Positions 9,013 through 17,281 are shown, counted from the first letter of the stretch. The stretch is DNA of 38,467 nucleotides from an uncultured Rhodospirillaceae bacterium (GCA_964493945.1 CAZBQG010000001.1:24815-63281), one strand, 5' to 3'. Made by a program: numbers and translations. Notes: a model not told the origin generated them from the letters alone.

Positions 9013-10056
9013 ATGAAAATCGTTCGATTTGGGCCCGATGGGCGCACCGGCGTTCTCGATGGCGTTACCGTGGTGGATATTTCACTGGCCCGGGCCAAAT
9101 ATTTAGCCGAATCCGAAGGCGCAACCGATGCCCGGGCCTTGGCCGAAAGCCAGGTTCCGTCCGAACTCAGACGCTTCATCGAAGGGGGCGCAAAGGCTCT
9201 GGATGCCGCCCAACAGGCTTTGGATTACCTCTCGGGCGGCGCTTCGGATCAAAAAGGTCCGGGTGGCGAGGCGCTGACCTGCCCGGTGGGCGAAGCGGGA
9301 CTTCTGGCACCCCGCCCGCTGGGATCGCGCATCGCCTGTGCCGGCGGCAATTTCGCCGATCACGCGGCGGCCATGGCGGCCCGTTCGGCGGCTAGGGGCG
9401 GGAACCTGGGTGATTTGGGCGATTCCGTCGGCGATCTCAAGGCGGCCCATGAAAAGATCCGGGCCGGCGGCATCTGGGGCTTTTGGAAAGTACACCGGGA
9501 ATCACTCGCCCCCGGCGGCGAGGTGATCTATCCGGCGCGCGCCAAGCGGCTTGATTACGAAGGCGAGCCGGCCATCGTCATCGGTAAGGAAGGCAAGGAC
9601 ATACCGGCATCCGATATTCTCGATTATGTCTGGGGCGTCACACTGCTGGGTGATTGGTCCATCCGCCTGGCCAGCGAGGGCGGCCCACTAAAATTTGCCA
9701 CCCAGAAGAATTTCGATACCAGTTGCTCTCTGGGCCCCTGCATCACGGTGGGCGAGGCCGATCCCCTTGATATTGAAGTGGAAACCCTTGTCAATGGCGA
9801 GCGGCGCCAGCATTTCAACAGCAAAGATATGGTCTTCACTTTCGCCGAATATCTGGCCCATTTGTCGACCGATTTCACATTTTACCCGGGCGACATCATC
9901 AGCGGCGGCACGGCGGCGGGAACGGCGGCCGATTCTGCACCGCTCCTGGATGACGGAACGCCGTCGCCCGAAACATTTTTGAAGGTGGGCGATGCTGTGG
10001 AAATCAAATCCCCCTCCGTCGGCACGCTGGCGGCATCTGTTGTCGCCAAACCTTGA
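9013..10056 (+). CDS. Fumarylacetoacetate hydrolase (FAH) family protein
   Basis: Start set at the ATG at 9013 (GGGAGG SD), giving 347 aa. FAH-family blocks DYEGEPAIVIGKEGKD and FYPGDIISGGT are present, and the N-terminal MKIVRFGPDGRTGVL matches the usual FAH N-terminal extension. Confidence 0.8.
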   Translation: MKIVRFGPDGRTGVLDGVTVVDISLARAKYLAESEGATDARALAESQVPSELRRFIEGGAKALDAAQQALDYLSGGASDQKGPGGEALTCPVGEAGLLAPRPLGSRIACAGGNFADHAAAMAARSAARGGNLGDLGDSVGDLKAAHEKIRAGGIWGFWKVHRESLAPGGEVIYPARAKRLDYEGEPAIVIGKEGKDIPASDILDYVWGVTLLGDWSIRLASEGGPLKFATQKNFDTSCSLGPCITVGEADPLDIEVETLVNGERRQHFNSKDMVFTFAEYLAHLSTDFTFYPGDIISGGTAAGTAADSAPLLDDGTPSPETFLKVGDAVEIKSPSVGTLAASVVAKP

Positions 10057-10066
10057 ACTGAGCTGA

Positions 10067-10834
10067 TTACCGCTTGGTGCTCAGCCCCACTTCTTCATAG
10101 CCCTGCCCGGTTTCGTCCGGCCAGTTGACTGCCGTCTGATAGCTTTCCAAAGGCGCCAGGCGCTCATACCAGTCATGCACCCGGGACCGGGTATGGGCGG
10201 CCCACATGCCGTCCTGGCCCAGGGCCAGCAGGCGGAAAAAATAAGGGGCTACGGAAATATCGGCGAGCGTAATCCTGTCGCCGGCCAACCAAGCGCCGCC
10301 ACCCAGCATTTCCTCCATGCGGTCCAGGATGGATTCTATGGTGGCGTGGCATTGGTCCAATTCCGCTTGGCTCAATTCACCCCGGATGCCCCTTCCATGC
10401 ACATCCTTGTAGAATTCCAGGGGGCGGCGCGTCGCCTGATGGGCCAGTTCCTTTTCGCCCCAGCGGTTGAGAAGCTTGGGCAGGATATATTTCACATAGG
10501 TGGGCAGGACGATGGCCGGGAACTTGTCATCACAGAGACGCATGAATTCACGCATGCGGGCCACAAAAATAGGATCGTCCGGCTTCAAAGGTGGCCCGTC
10601 AAAGGCATCATCCACATATTCAATGATGTTGGAGGATTCGCGGATCACCTGGCCGTCATGAACCAAGGTGGGCACCACCCCGTCGGGATTGATCGCCAGA
10701 TATTCAGGCTCCATCTGATCGAAGCGGAACAGGTCGATATAGCGGCTTTCCCATTCCACACCCTTTTCGGCCAGGGCCATGCGCGCCTTGACCGAACAGA
10801 CTGAACTCCAGAAATGATACAGTTCGACAGTCAT
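10067..10834 (-). CDS. Glutathione S-transferase family protein (long, GDAP1/LigF-like impression)
   Basis: Start set at the ATG at 10834 (GGAGAAG SD), giving 255 aa. The thioredoxin-like N-domain is LYHFWSSVCSVKARMALAEKGVEWE...INPDGVVPTLVHDGQVIRESSNIIEYV. The sub-class is only a by-eye impression. Confidence 0.75.
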   Translation of the reverse strand: MTVELYHFWSSVCSVKARMALAEKGVEWESRYIDLFRFDQMEPEYLAINPDGVVPTLVHDGQVIRESSNIIEYVDDAFDGPPLKPDDPIFVARMREFMRLCDDKFPAIVLPTYVKYILPKLLNRWGEKELAHQATRRPLEFYKDVHGRGIRGELSQAELDQCHATIESILDRMEEMLGGGAWLAGDRITLADISVAPYFFRLLALGQDGMWAAHTRSRVHDWYERLAPLESYQTAVNWPDETGQGYEEVGLSTKR

Positions 10835-10892
10835 GTTCTTCTCCAAAATATTTTCTACCCCACGGAAAAAAATAGCGTGAACTAGACGCCGC

Positions 10893-10933
10893 CCCTGGTT
10901 AGATTGGGCCATCAGGTCTGAATTTAACCAGGG
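10893..10933 (+). promoter_or_regulatory. 9-bp inverted repeat abutting the SD of the adenylase gene
   Basis: CCCTGGTTA (10893-10901) and TAACCAGGG (10925-10933) are separated by a 23-nt spacer. The right arm runs into the GGGAGGGG SD (10931-10938) of the ATG at 10945. This could be a protein operator or an RNA hairpin. Confidence 0.3.
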
Positions 10934-10944
10934 AGGGGTTCATC

Positions 10945-12588
10945 ATGGAAGGCTTTACACCCGTACCGCCCGAATTCGCGGAGCAATACCGCGCCAAGGG
11001 CTACTGGCTGGATGTGTCGCTGGGCGAATATTTCTGCAACATGTTCCGGAGCTACGCCGACCGGATCGCCCTCGAGACCATGGATGAGCAGGTCAGTTAC
11101 GGAACACTAATGGAGCGGACCGAGCTGCTGGCCCGCCACCTGATCGATCTCGGCATCAAGCCCCTGGACCGGATCGTGGTGCAGCTTCCCAACTGCCTGG
11201 AATTCGTTTATTTCTATTTCGCCATGGGCCGCATCGGCGCCATACCGCTTTTGGCCCTGCCGCCCCACCGCCGCCACGAAATCGGCCATTTCGTCAGTTT
11301 TGTCGAGGCCATTGGCTATGCGGCGGCGACACGGACGAAGGATTTCGATTTCATCGGAATGGCCCACAGCATTCAAGTGGACAACCCGGATATGAAGCAT
11401 GTTTTCGTGCCCGGCGAGGAAGTGCCCGAAGGCTGCATCTCGATCCGCGCGCTTTTGGATCAGGAACCCAAGACCCCGGCCTCGGCACTGGGCAGCCTCA
11501 ATGTAGATCCGGACGAGCCGGCCGTCTTTTTGCTTTCCGGCGGCACCACGGGCCTGCCCAAGGTCATTCCCCGGACCCATAACGATTACGTCTATAATTC
11601 GGTGGCGTCGGCTGATGCCAATCATATGGATGCGGATACGGTGCTTCTCGTCGCCCTGCCGATTGAGCATAATTTCCCGCTGGCCTCACCCGGCATACAG
11701 GGTGCGTTACTCAAAGGCGGCAGAGGGGTGATCGTTCCCTCGCCCAGGCCAACGGTCGTGCTGGAAGCCATCCAAGAGAAGAAATGCACCCATCTGGAAT
11801 TGGTTCCCGCCGCCCTCATCCAGCTTCTCCATGAGGAAACCTTCGGCGATTATGATCTGAGTTCGGTGAAGATCATCTCCACCGGCGGGCAACGGCTGCA
11901 GCCGGAAGTCTCCATGCAAGCCGAGGAAAGGTTCCCCAACGCCACCGTCCAAGAAGTCTTCGGTATGGCTGAGGGGTTGTTGATGTATAACGACCTGGAT
12001 GATCCGGTCGAGGTGCGCCACCTGACCGCCGGCAAGCCGGTCAGCGAAGGAGACGAAATCAAGCTGATCGATGCGGATGGCAACGAGGTATCTGAGGGAG
12101 AAACCGGCGAATTTGTCTGCCGGGGGCCTTATACGCTGAGGGGCTATTACAAGGCACCCGACATCAATGCCCGGTCATTCTCGACTGATGGCTTTTACCT
12201 GAGTGGCGATTTGATGCGCATGCATCCGTCGGGCAATGTCATCGTCGAGGGACGCATCAAAGATCTGATCAACCGGGGCGGCGAGAAGATCAGCGCCGAA
12301 GAGGTGGAAAACATGATCATCGCCCATCCCAACGTACAGAATGTGGCCTGCGTGCCCATGCCCGATCCGATCCTGGGCGAAAGGACCTGCGCCTATATCA
12401 TTCCGGATGCCGGCAAGGCGCCGGACCTCAAGGAAATCCAGGCATTCCTGGGCGATCAGGGAATTGCCAAATTCAAATTCCCCGAACGGATCGAGGAGGT
12501 CGACAGCTTTCCACTGTCACCCTTCGGCAAGGTCTCCAAGAAGGACCTGACCGAAATGATCGCCAAGAAAATAGAAGCCGGCGAATAA
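10945..12588 (+). CDS. Aryl-acid adenylating enzyme, EntE/DhbE (2,3-dihydroxybenzoate-AMP ligase) family
   Basis: 547 aa, collinear with EntE from the N-terminus (FAEQYRAKGYWLD). It carries the motifs LLSGGTTGLPKVIPRTHNDY, HNFPLASPG, VFGMAEGL, YLSGDL, INRGGEKIS and the terminal GKVSKKDL. Confidence 0.85.
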   Translation: MEGFTPVPPEFAEQYRAKGYWLDVSLGEYFCNMFRSYADRIALETMDEQVSYGTLMERTELLARHLIDLGIKPLDRIVVQLPNCLEFVYFYFAMGRIGAIPLLALPPHRRHEIGHFVSFVEAIGYAAATRTKDFDFIGMAHSIQVDNPDMKHVFVPGEEVPEGCISIRALLDQEPKTPASALGSLNVDPDEPAVFLLSGGTTGLPKVIPRTHNDYVYNSVASADANHMDADTVLLVALPIEHNFPLASPGIQGALLKGGRGVIVPSPRPTVVLEAIQEKKCTHLELVPAALIQLLHEETFGDYDLSSVKIISTGGQRLQPEVSMQAEERFPNATVQEVFGMAEGLLMYNDLDDPVEVRHLTAGKPVSEGDEIKLIDADGNEVSEGETGEFVCRGPYTLRGYYKAPDINARSFSTDGFYLSGDLMRMHPSGNVIVEGRIKDLINRGGEKISAEEVENMIIAHPNVQNVACVPMPDPILGERTCAYIIPDAGKAPDLKEIQAFLGDQGIAKFKFPERIEEVDSFPLSPFGKVSKKDLTEMIAKKIEAGE

Positions 12589-12619
12589 GCGCGCCGCAAA
12601 ACCAAAAGGAGACGGGTTA

Positions 12620-13636
12620 ATGGATTTGGATATGGGCGTCATCCTGCACACGGGTGACATGGGCTATGGCGACATCGTGCGCATGGCGCAAGAGGCCGAG
12701 GAACTGGGCTATCACGGATTCTGGCTGACGGAAGAAGGGGGCAAGGAGGCGTTTTCCCTGCTGGCCCTGATCGCCCGGAAAACCTCGCGCATCAAACTTT
12801 GCACCGGCATTGTCAATTTCTATTCCCGCTCACCCATGACCCTGGCCATGTCGGCCAAGTCCCTGCACGACATGTCGGAAGGGCGCTTCGGGCCCTTCGG
12901 CATGGGCACCGGCGGCGTCGGCTTCATGATCCGGGGACACGGCATCGAATTGGACCGGCCCATCGGGCGGGCCCGCGAAGTGGTGGAGATCGTGCGCGGC
13001 CTGTTGAGCCAGGAGCGCTTTTCCTACCCCAAGGGCAAATGGTTCAAGCCTGATAATTTCCGCCTGCGCGAGGGACCCATCACGGACGCCACCATCCCCC
13101 TATGGCTCGCTGCCCTGGGACCCCAAATGGCCGAGATGGCCGGCAAGGTGGCCGACGGCATGATCAGCAACTGGCTGACCCCGGAAACGGTGGAAATCTA
13201 CCGCGGCCAAATCCAGAAAGGCTGTGATTACGCCAAGCGCGACCCGTCTGAAGTAACCCTTTCGGCCCTGACCATGATGTGTGCCGATCATGCCGATGAG
13301 GAAGCCGTCCGCGCCATGAAGCGGGGCCTGGCTTTCTATTGCGCCTCCGATCACTACCACCCCATCGCCGAGGCCTGCGGGTTTGGCGATGATGCCCGCG
13401 CCGTGCAAGCTTTATGGCAAAAGCGCGATTTCGAAGGGGCGACTGATGCCCTATCCGATGAATTCGCGGCCAAGATGAGCATCATGGGACCGGAAGAAAC
13501 GGCCACCAAGCATCTGCAATGGATGAAGTCGGAAGGGGCCTACCCCATCATCTATCCCGTGCCGCGCCATTCCCAGATGGTCGAGGATCATTTCCTGACC
13601 ATGCGCAATGCGGCCAAGGCGGCAAGCTGGAGCTGA
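12620..13636 (+). CDS. Luciferase-like monooxygenase (LLM-class flavin/deazaflavin-dependent oxidoreductase)
   Basis: 338 aa, 31 bp after the adenylase gene, with an AAGGAGA SD. The N-terminal TIM-barrel pattern ...AQEAEELGYHGFWLTEEGGKEAF..., PLWLAALGPQM and the length fit the LLM family. Confidence 0.8.
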   Translation: MDLDMGVILHTGDMGYGDIVRMAQEAEELGYHGFWLTEEGGKEAFSLLALIARKTSRIKLCTGIVNFYSRSPMTLAMSAKSLHDMSEGRFGPFGMGTGGVGFMIRGHGIELDRPIGRAREVVEIVRGLLSQERFSYPKGKWFKPDNFRLREGPITDATIPLWLAALGPQMAEMAGKVADGMISNWLTPETVEIYRGQIQKGCDYAKRDPSEVTLSALTMMCADHADEEAVRAMKRGLAFYCASDHYHPIAEACGFGDDARAVQALWQKRDFEGATDALSDEFAAKMSIMGPEETATKHLQWMKSEGAYPIIYPVPRHSQMVEDHFLTMRNAAKAASWS

Positions 13637-13643
13637 GGGAGTC

Positions 13644-14240
13644 TCAAGCCGTCGCTTTGATCGACGGATGGGCGGCAATGCGGGTGGCCCAGGCACCCAA
13701 TAAAGCATGTTCCGCCGGCCATTGAAAATCAGCCTTGCGCATGGCCGGCGGCAGGCCGCAGACCAGGGTGATCTGGGCCATGTTCAGATCGCCGGCCATG
13801 ATGGGGTAGGCGATTTCCCTTTCCCAAAGATCGATCATGCGCCGGCTGCGCTGCTTTTCATGTTCGATGATGATCGGCGAGCGATGTTCTTCGGCCCGCA
13901 TCAGTTCCCGGCCCAGAACCGCATGGCCATCCATCATGGACCGGGCCAGAGCTTCCAGGCGGCGGAACTCCCACTCACTCTCGCCATCGGGCGGCCCCAG
14001 GCTGGGGGCGCCATCTATCTGATCCAAATAGGCACAAATTAAAGGCGAATCCTCCATGCCCACGCCGTCGTCGCGCACCAGAAAAGGCACCCTGCCCGAC
14101 GGGTTGAGAGCGTAATAGGGGCTGTCCGGCTGGCGCGTCTTTGCCGGTACGATCTCAACGCGATTGGTCAGGCCCTTTTCCAGAATGACAATCTGCACCA
14201 TGCGGGCATAAGGCGACGTGGTGGTGATATGAAGCTCCAT
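13644..14240 (-). CDS. Glutathione S-transferase family protein (YibF-like N-terminus)
   Basis: 198 aa. The N-terminus TSPYARMVQIVILEKGL...LNPSGRVPFLV..DSPLICAYL resembles E. coli YibF-type GSTs. Its GGAGAGG SD overlaps the stop codon of the upstream Fe-S gene. Confidence 0.75.
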   Translation of the reverse strand: MELHITTTSPYARMVQIVILEKGLTNRVEIVPAKTRQPDSPYYALNPSGRVPFLVRDDGVGMEDSPLICAYLDQIDGAPSLGPPDGESEWEFRRLEALARSMMDGHAVLGRELMRAEEHRSPIIIEHEKQRSRRMIDLWEREIAYPIMAGDLNMAQITLVCGLPPAMRKADFQWPAEHALLGAWATRIAAHPSIKATA

Positions 14241-14253
14241 GTTGGTGCCTCTC

Positions 14254-14931
14254 CTACTCCATGCCGGCGGCGCGCAAAAATTCGCCGATTACATTTTGCT
14301 GGATTTTGACACCATAGGGGCAATGGCATTTGCGGCAATCCACGCAATCTTCCAGCCCCGCATCCCGGGCCTGCCCGACCCGGTCATGGGCATTGCGCGG
14401 ATGGTGATGCATCTGGGCCAACTTGACCAAGGTGAAGGCGCCGGAATGGCCGTTATCCGCCTTCTCGCACATGGAATGACAACAAAGGCATTCGACGCAA
14501 TCGAAGCAATTATAATAATGCCCGGCGGCCTCGGTCTGCTTCCAGGCCACCATATCGGTTTCCTGGTCCGGATCGGCCCGCAGGCTTAGGCTTTTCAGCT
14601 CTTCCATCTGGGGGCGGCGGTCGATGACCAGATCGCGGATCAACGGCAGATGCTGCATGGGCTCTATTTCCATGCCGTCTTTGAGATGCACGGTGCAGGC
14701 CAGCCGGTCCTCGCCCGCGATGCGCATGCCGCAAAGCCCGCAGACCTTGTAGCGGCAACCATAGCGGAGCGCCAGGCTGGCATCTTGTTGCTCATAGACA
14801 TGCTGCAAGGCACCCAGCACGGTTTCGCCTTCTTCCCAGGGCACTTGGTATTCCTGGTAATGACCGTCCGCGCCGCCTTCCCCGCCGCGCCAGACTTTTA
14901 TGTTTGCCGTTTTCACTGGATGGTCTGCCAT
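14254..14931 (-). CDS. Succinate dehydrogenase/fumarate reductase-type iron-sulfur subunit homologue
   Basis: 225 aa. It has a 2Fe-2S motif with CX4CX2CX11C spacing (CRYKVCGLCGMRIAGEDRLAC), then CVECLCCHSMC (CX2CX2CX3C) and CVDCRKCHCP. Its start overlaps the flavoprotein gene by 19 bp. Confidence 0.8.
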   Translation of the reverse strand: MADHPVKTANIKVWRGGEGGADGHYQEYQVPWEEGETVLGALQHVYEQQDASLALRYGCRYKVCGLCGMRIAGEDRLACTVHLKDGMEIEPMQHLPLIRDLVIDRRPQMEELKSLSLRADPDQETDMVAWKQTEAAGHYYNCFDCVECLCCHSMCEKADNGHSGAFTLVKLAQMHHHPRNAHDRVGQARDAGLEDCVDCRKCHCPYGVKIQQNVIGEFLRAAGME

Positions 14932-16580
14932 GCCGCGCCCAGCGATCCGGCCTGCATATCGACCCGCGTGCGCTTGCCTTCCAATTCGGGGTCCGCCTCG
15001 GGCATGTCGTCACGCACATGGGCGCCTCTGGTTTCCCGGCGTAATTCAGAGGCCAGCAAAATGGCCTCGGCCGAAGGCACCATCATGTTCAGTTCAAGAA
15101 AATCAAGCGCATCCAGGTTCCAGCTTTTTTGCGGGGTGACGGCACAATTGTCCATGCGCTGGCCTACCTCGCGCACCTTAGCCAGGGCTGTTTTTCCCCG
15201 CTCATTGTTGCGGGCACCGCCCATGCCGTGCCAGACCGCATCCATCAATTCCCGCCTGAGATCGCCGGCCCGCTCACCCTTCTCGCGGGACTGGGCGGCG
15301 CCCAGGGTCTCGGCCAGGGCTTCGGCGCCTATGTTGGGTGGCGGCGCGCCCACCTCCGAGCTTTGCGCATAGGCCGCCGCAGCCTTCCCCGCATGGCGAC
15401 CGAAGACCAGAATATCAAGCAAGGCGACGCCGCCCAGCCGGTTGGCCCCGTGCAGTCCGCCCCGTGCTTCGCCGGCGGCAAACAGGCCGGGAATTTCAGA
15501 ACGCCCATGAATATCGGTCGCCACGCCGCCCATCAGATGATGCACAGTGGGCATGATTTCCATGGGCTCATGGCCGAAGAACACGTCGCGCCCATAGGCT
15601 TGGCGGACGGCGCCGGTGGGCCGCTTCCAGCCGGCCAGTTCAGGACTGCCTGACGGCAATTCATTGTTTCCCCGGAGATCCAGCAACACCGCGCCATGTT
15701 CGGTCACTGGGCCGTCGCGCATGGCCTGGAAGACCGCGTTGGATAATTCGTCCCGGGTCCGGCGGTTGAGCCCTTCCAGCAAAAGGGCCCCGTCCCCATC
15801 CCGCAAAACACCCTTGGGGCCGCTGGTCCGGCTGGGTTCGCCGGCGAAAACGCCGCGCATGGATTTGGGATACACGACGGAAAGGGGCAGAAACTGAACC
15901 TGTTCCATATCCACAAGGCCCGCACCGGCGCGCAGCGCCAGACTGTAGCCGTCACCGGTGACGGTCTTCAGATTGTCCGTGTTGGGATGAAACAACCAGC
16001 CCGCCCCGCCCGTCGCCAACACCACCGATGAGGCACCAATATCCATGAACCGGCCTTCGATCATGTCATAGGCGATGACACCCGTAACCCGCTCGCCGGG
16101 CTGGCATGCCAGATCACAGACCATGACTTCCTCGAACAGCTCCATGTCATAGCCGGCCAATGCTGCCCTGAGCGCCTGGGTCATGGAGGAGCCGGAATTG
16201 GGGCAGATGAGAATGCGGTCCTTGCTATGCCCACCCATCTTGTAAGTGTGGCGGCGACCGGTGGGCTCGGCGATGAAGACCATGCCCGTGCGAACCAGAT
16301 CATCGATGGTGTCCGCCGCCTCATCGGCCAACAGGCGGACGGCTTCTTCATCAGCCAGCCCGGCGCCCGAAGCCATCACATCATCGAACAGATCATCGGG
16401 CTCCTCCTCGGTGGCGATGCCGCCGCCGGCGATGCGCGTGTTGCCGTAGCCGATGGGCTCTTTGGAGATGACCGCCACCCTGGCACCTTCTTTCGCCGCC
16501 GCGATGGCCGCCGCGATGCCCGCCCCCCCAGCCCCGATGACCGCCACATCGAAATGCCCGGAGCTTTTCGTTCCCTGCAT
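14913..16580 (-). CDS. FAD-dependent oxidoreductase, SdhA/FrdA/NadB flavoprotein family
   Basis: 555 aa. It has the dinucleotide fold DVAVIGAGGAGIAAAIAAAKEG and the family blocks PTVHHLMGGV and AAGEARGGLHGANRLGGVALLDILVFGR. No membrane-anchor genes are adjacent. Confidence 0.85.
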   Translation of the reverse strand: MQGTKSSGHFDVAVIGAGGAGIAAAIAAAKEGARVAVISKEPIGYGNTRIAGGGIATEEEPDDLFDDVMASGAGLADEEAVRLLADEAADTIDDLVRTGMVFIAEPTGRRHTYKMGGHSKDRILICPNSGSSMTQALRAALAGYDMELFEEVMVCDLACQPGERVTGVIAYDMIEGRFMDIGASSVVLATGGAGWLFHPNTDNLKTVTGDGYSLALRAGAGLVDMEQVQFLPLSVVYPKSMRGVFAGEPSRTSGPKGVLRDGDGALLLEGLNRRTRDELSNAVFQAMRDGPVTEHGAVLLDLRGNNELPSGSPELAGWKRPTGAVRQAYGRDVFFGHEPMEIMPTVHHLMGGVATDIHGRSEIPGLFAAGEARGGLHGANRLGGVALLDILVFGRHAGKAAAAYAQSSEVGAPPPNIGAEALAETLGAAQSREKGERAGDLRRELMDAVWHGMGGARNNERGKTALAKVREVGQRMDNCAVTPQKSWNLDALDFLELNMMVPSAEAILLASELRRETRGAHVRDDMPEADPELEGKRTRVDMQAGSLGAAWQTIQ

Positions 16581-16582
16581 AA

Positions 16583-16612
16583 TTTAGCTAAGCCTCCTTT
16601 AGCTAAGCCTCC
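16583..16612. repeat. Perfect 15-bp tandem duplication (TTTAGCTAAGCCTCC x2) between tetR and the flavoprotein gene
   Basis: Copies at 16583-16597 and 16598-16612 are identical. On the coding (minus) strand each copy reads GGAGGCTTAGCTAAA, that is an SD plus the 8-bp palindrome TTAGCTAA. Confidence 0.9.
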
Positions 16613-16623
16613 CCGGTTAACCC

Positions 16624-17199
16624 TTACGCCCGGCCCAGGGGGCCGGCCATGGCAAATTGTTCAACCCTGGCCAATCCTTTATCAAGGGCCGCCATAGTCG
16701 GTGCCAAATCCTTGCTCTCATCGCCCAGCCAGACGCGGAAGCTGAGCAGGTACACCAAGCCAAGCCCTTTGGATTTGAGCCTACCTGCAAGCCCGCCCGC
16801 CGGAACGCCCGCCGCCTCCAGCATACAGCTCATGGATAGGCGCAGATTATTGAGCGTACAAAGCCCGGCCAGAGGGTCCATTTCCTGCAGCACGGATTTT
16901 AGCCCGGCCCGGTGGGGTCTCATGGCCTCGAAGCGCCGCATGAGCAGTTCGAACAGTTTGTCCCGTATGGAATCATCGCCGTCGGTAAGATCGCCGCCCT
17001 CCAGAACCACACGGTCAATGCGTCGGGCAAAGCCCCCAATTATGGCCAATTTGTTTGGGAAAATTGCGTAGGTCTCGGCGAGTGACAAACCTGCCTTTTG
17101 GGCGATACCGGCCAGCCCGACGCGCCGCCAGCCTTCACTCTCGGCCAGGGACAGGGCGGCACCAATAACGCGCCATTCGGGATCGGGTCGTTTCGCCAT
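16624..17199 (-). CDS. TetR/AcrR family transcriptional regulator
   Basis: Start set at the ATG at 17199 (AGGAGGAAAG SD), giving 191 aa. The N-terminal HTH is GWRRVGLAGIAQKAGLSLAETYAIFPNK. Confidence 0.8.
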   Translation of the reverse strand: MAKRPDPEWRVIGAALSLAESEGWRRVGLAGIAQKAGLSLAETYAIFPNKLAIIGGFARRIDRVVLEGGDLTDGDDSIRDKLFELLMRRFEAMRPHRAGLKSVLQEMDPLAGLCTLNNLRLSMSCMLEAAGVPAGGLAGRLKSKGLGLVYLLSFRVWLGDESKDLAPTMAALDKGLARVEQFAMAGPLGRA

Positions 17200-17281
17200 G
17201 ACAGGCTTTCCTCCTATAGCCTTTATTATAGCGCAAAATGGTGCCATCTTGAAACCATTCACCTTTCAGGAGTGACCCAAA

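Noticed and set aside
14650-15372. 240-aa plus-strand ORF across the FrdB-like/FrdA-like junction, and similar antisense ORFs at 10175-10804, 5921-6568, 20671-21465, 33399-34145, 35938-36759 and 36796-37458
   Set aside because: All lie opposite genes with strong family signatures and lack SDs and motifs. I treat them as shadow ORFs.
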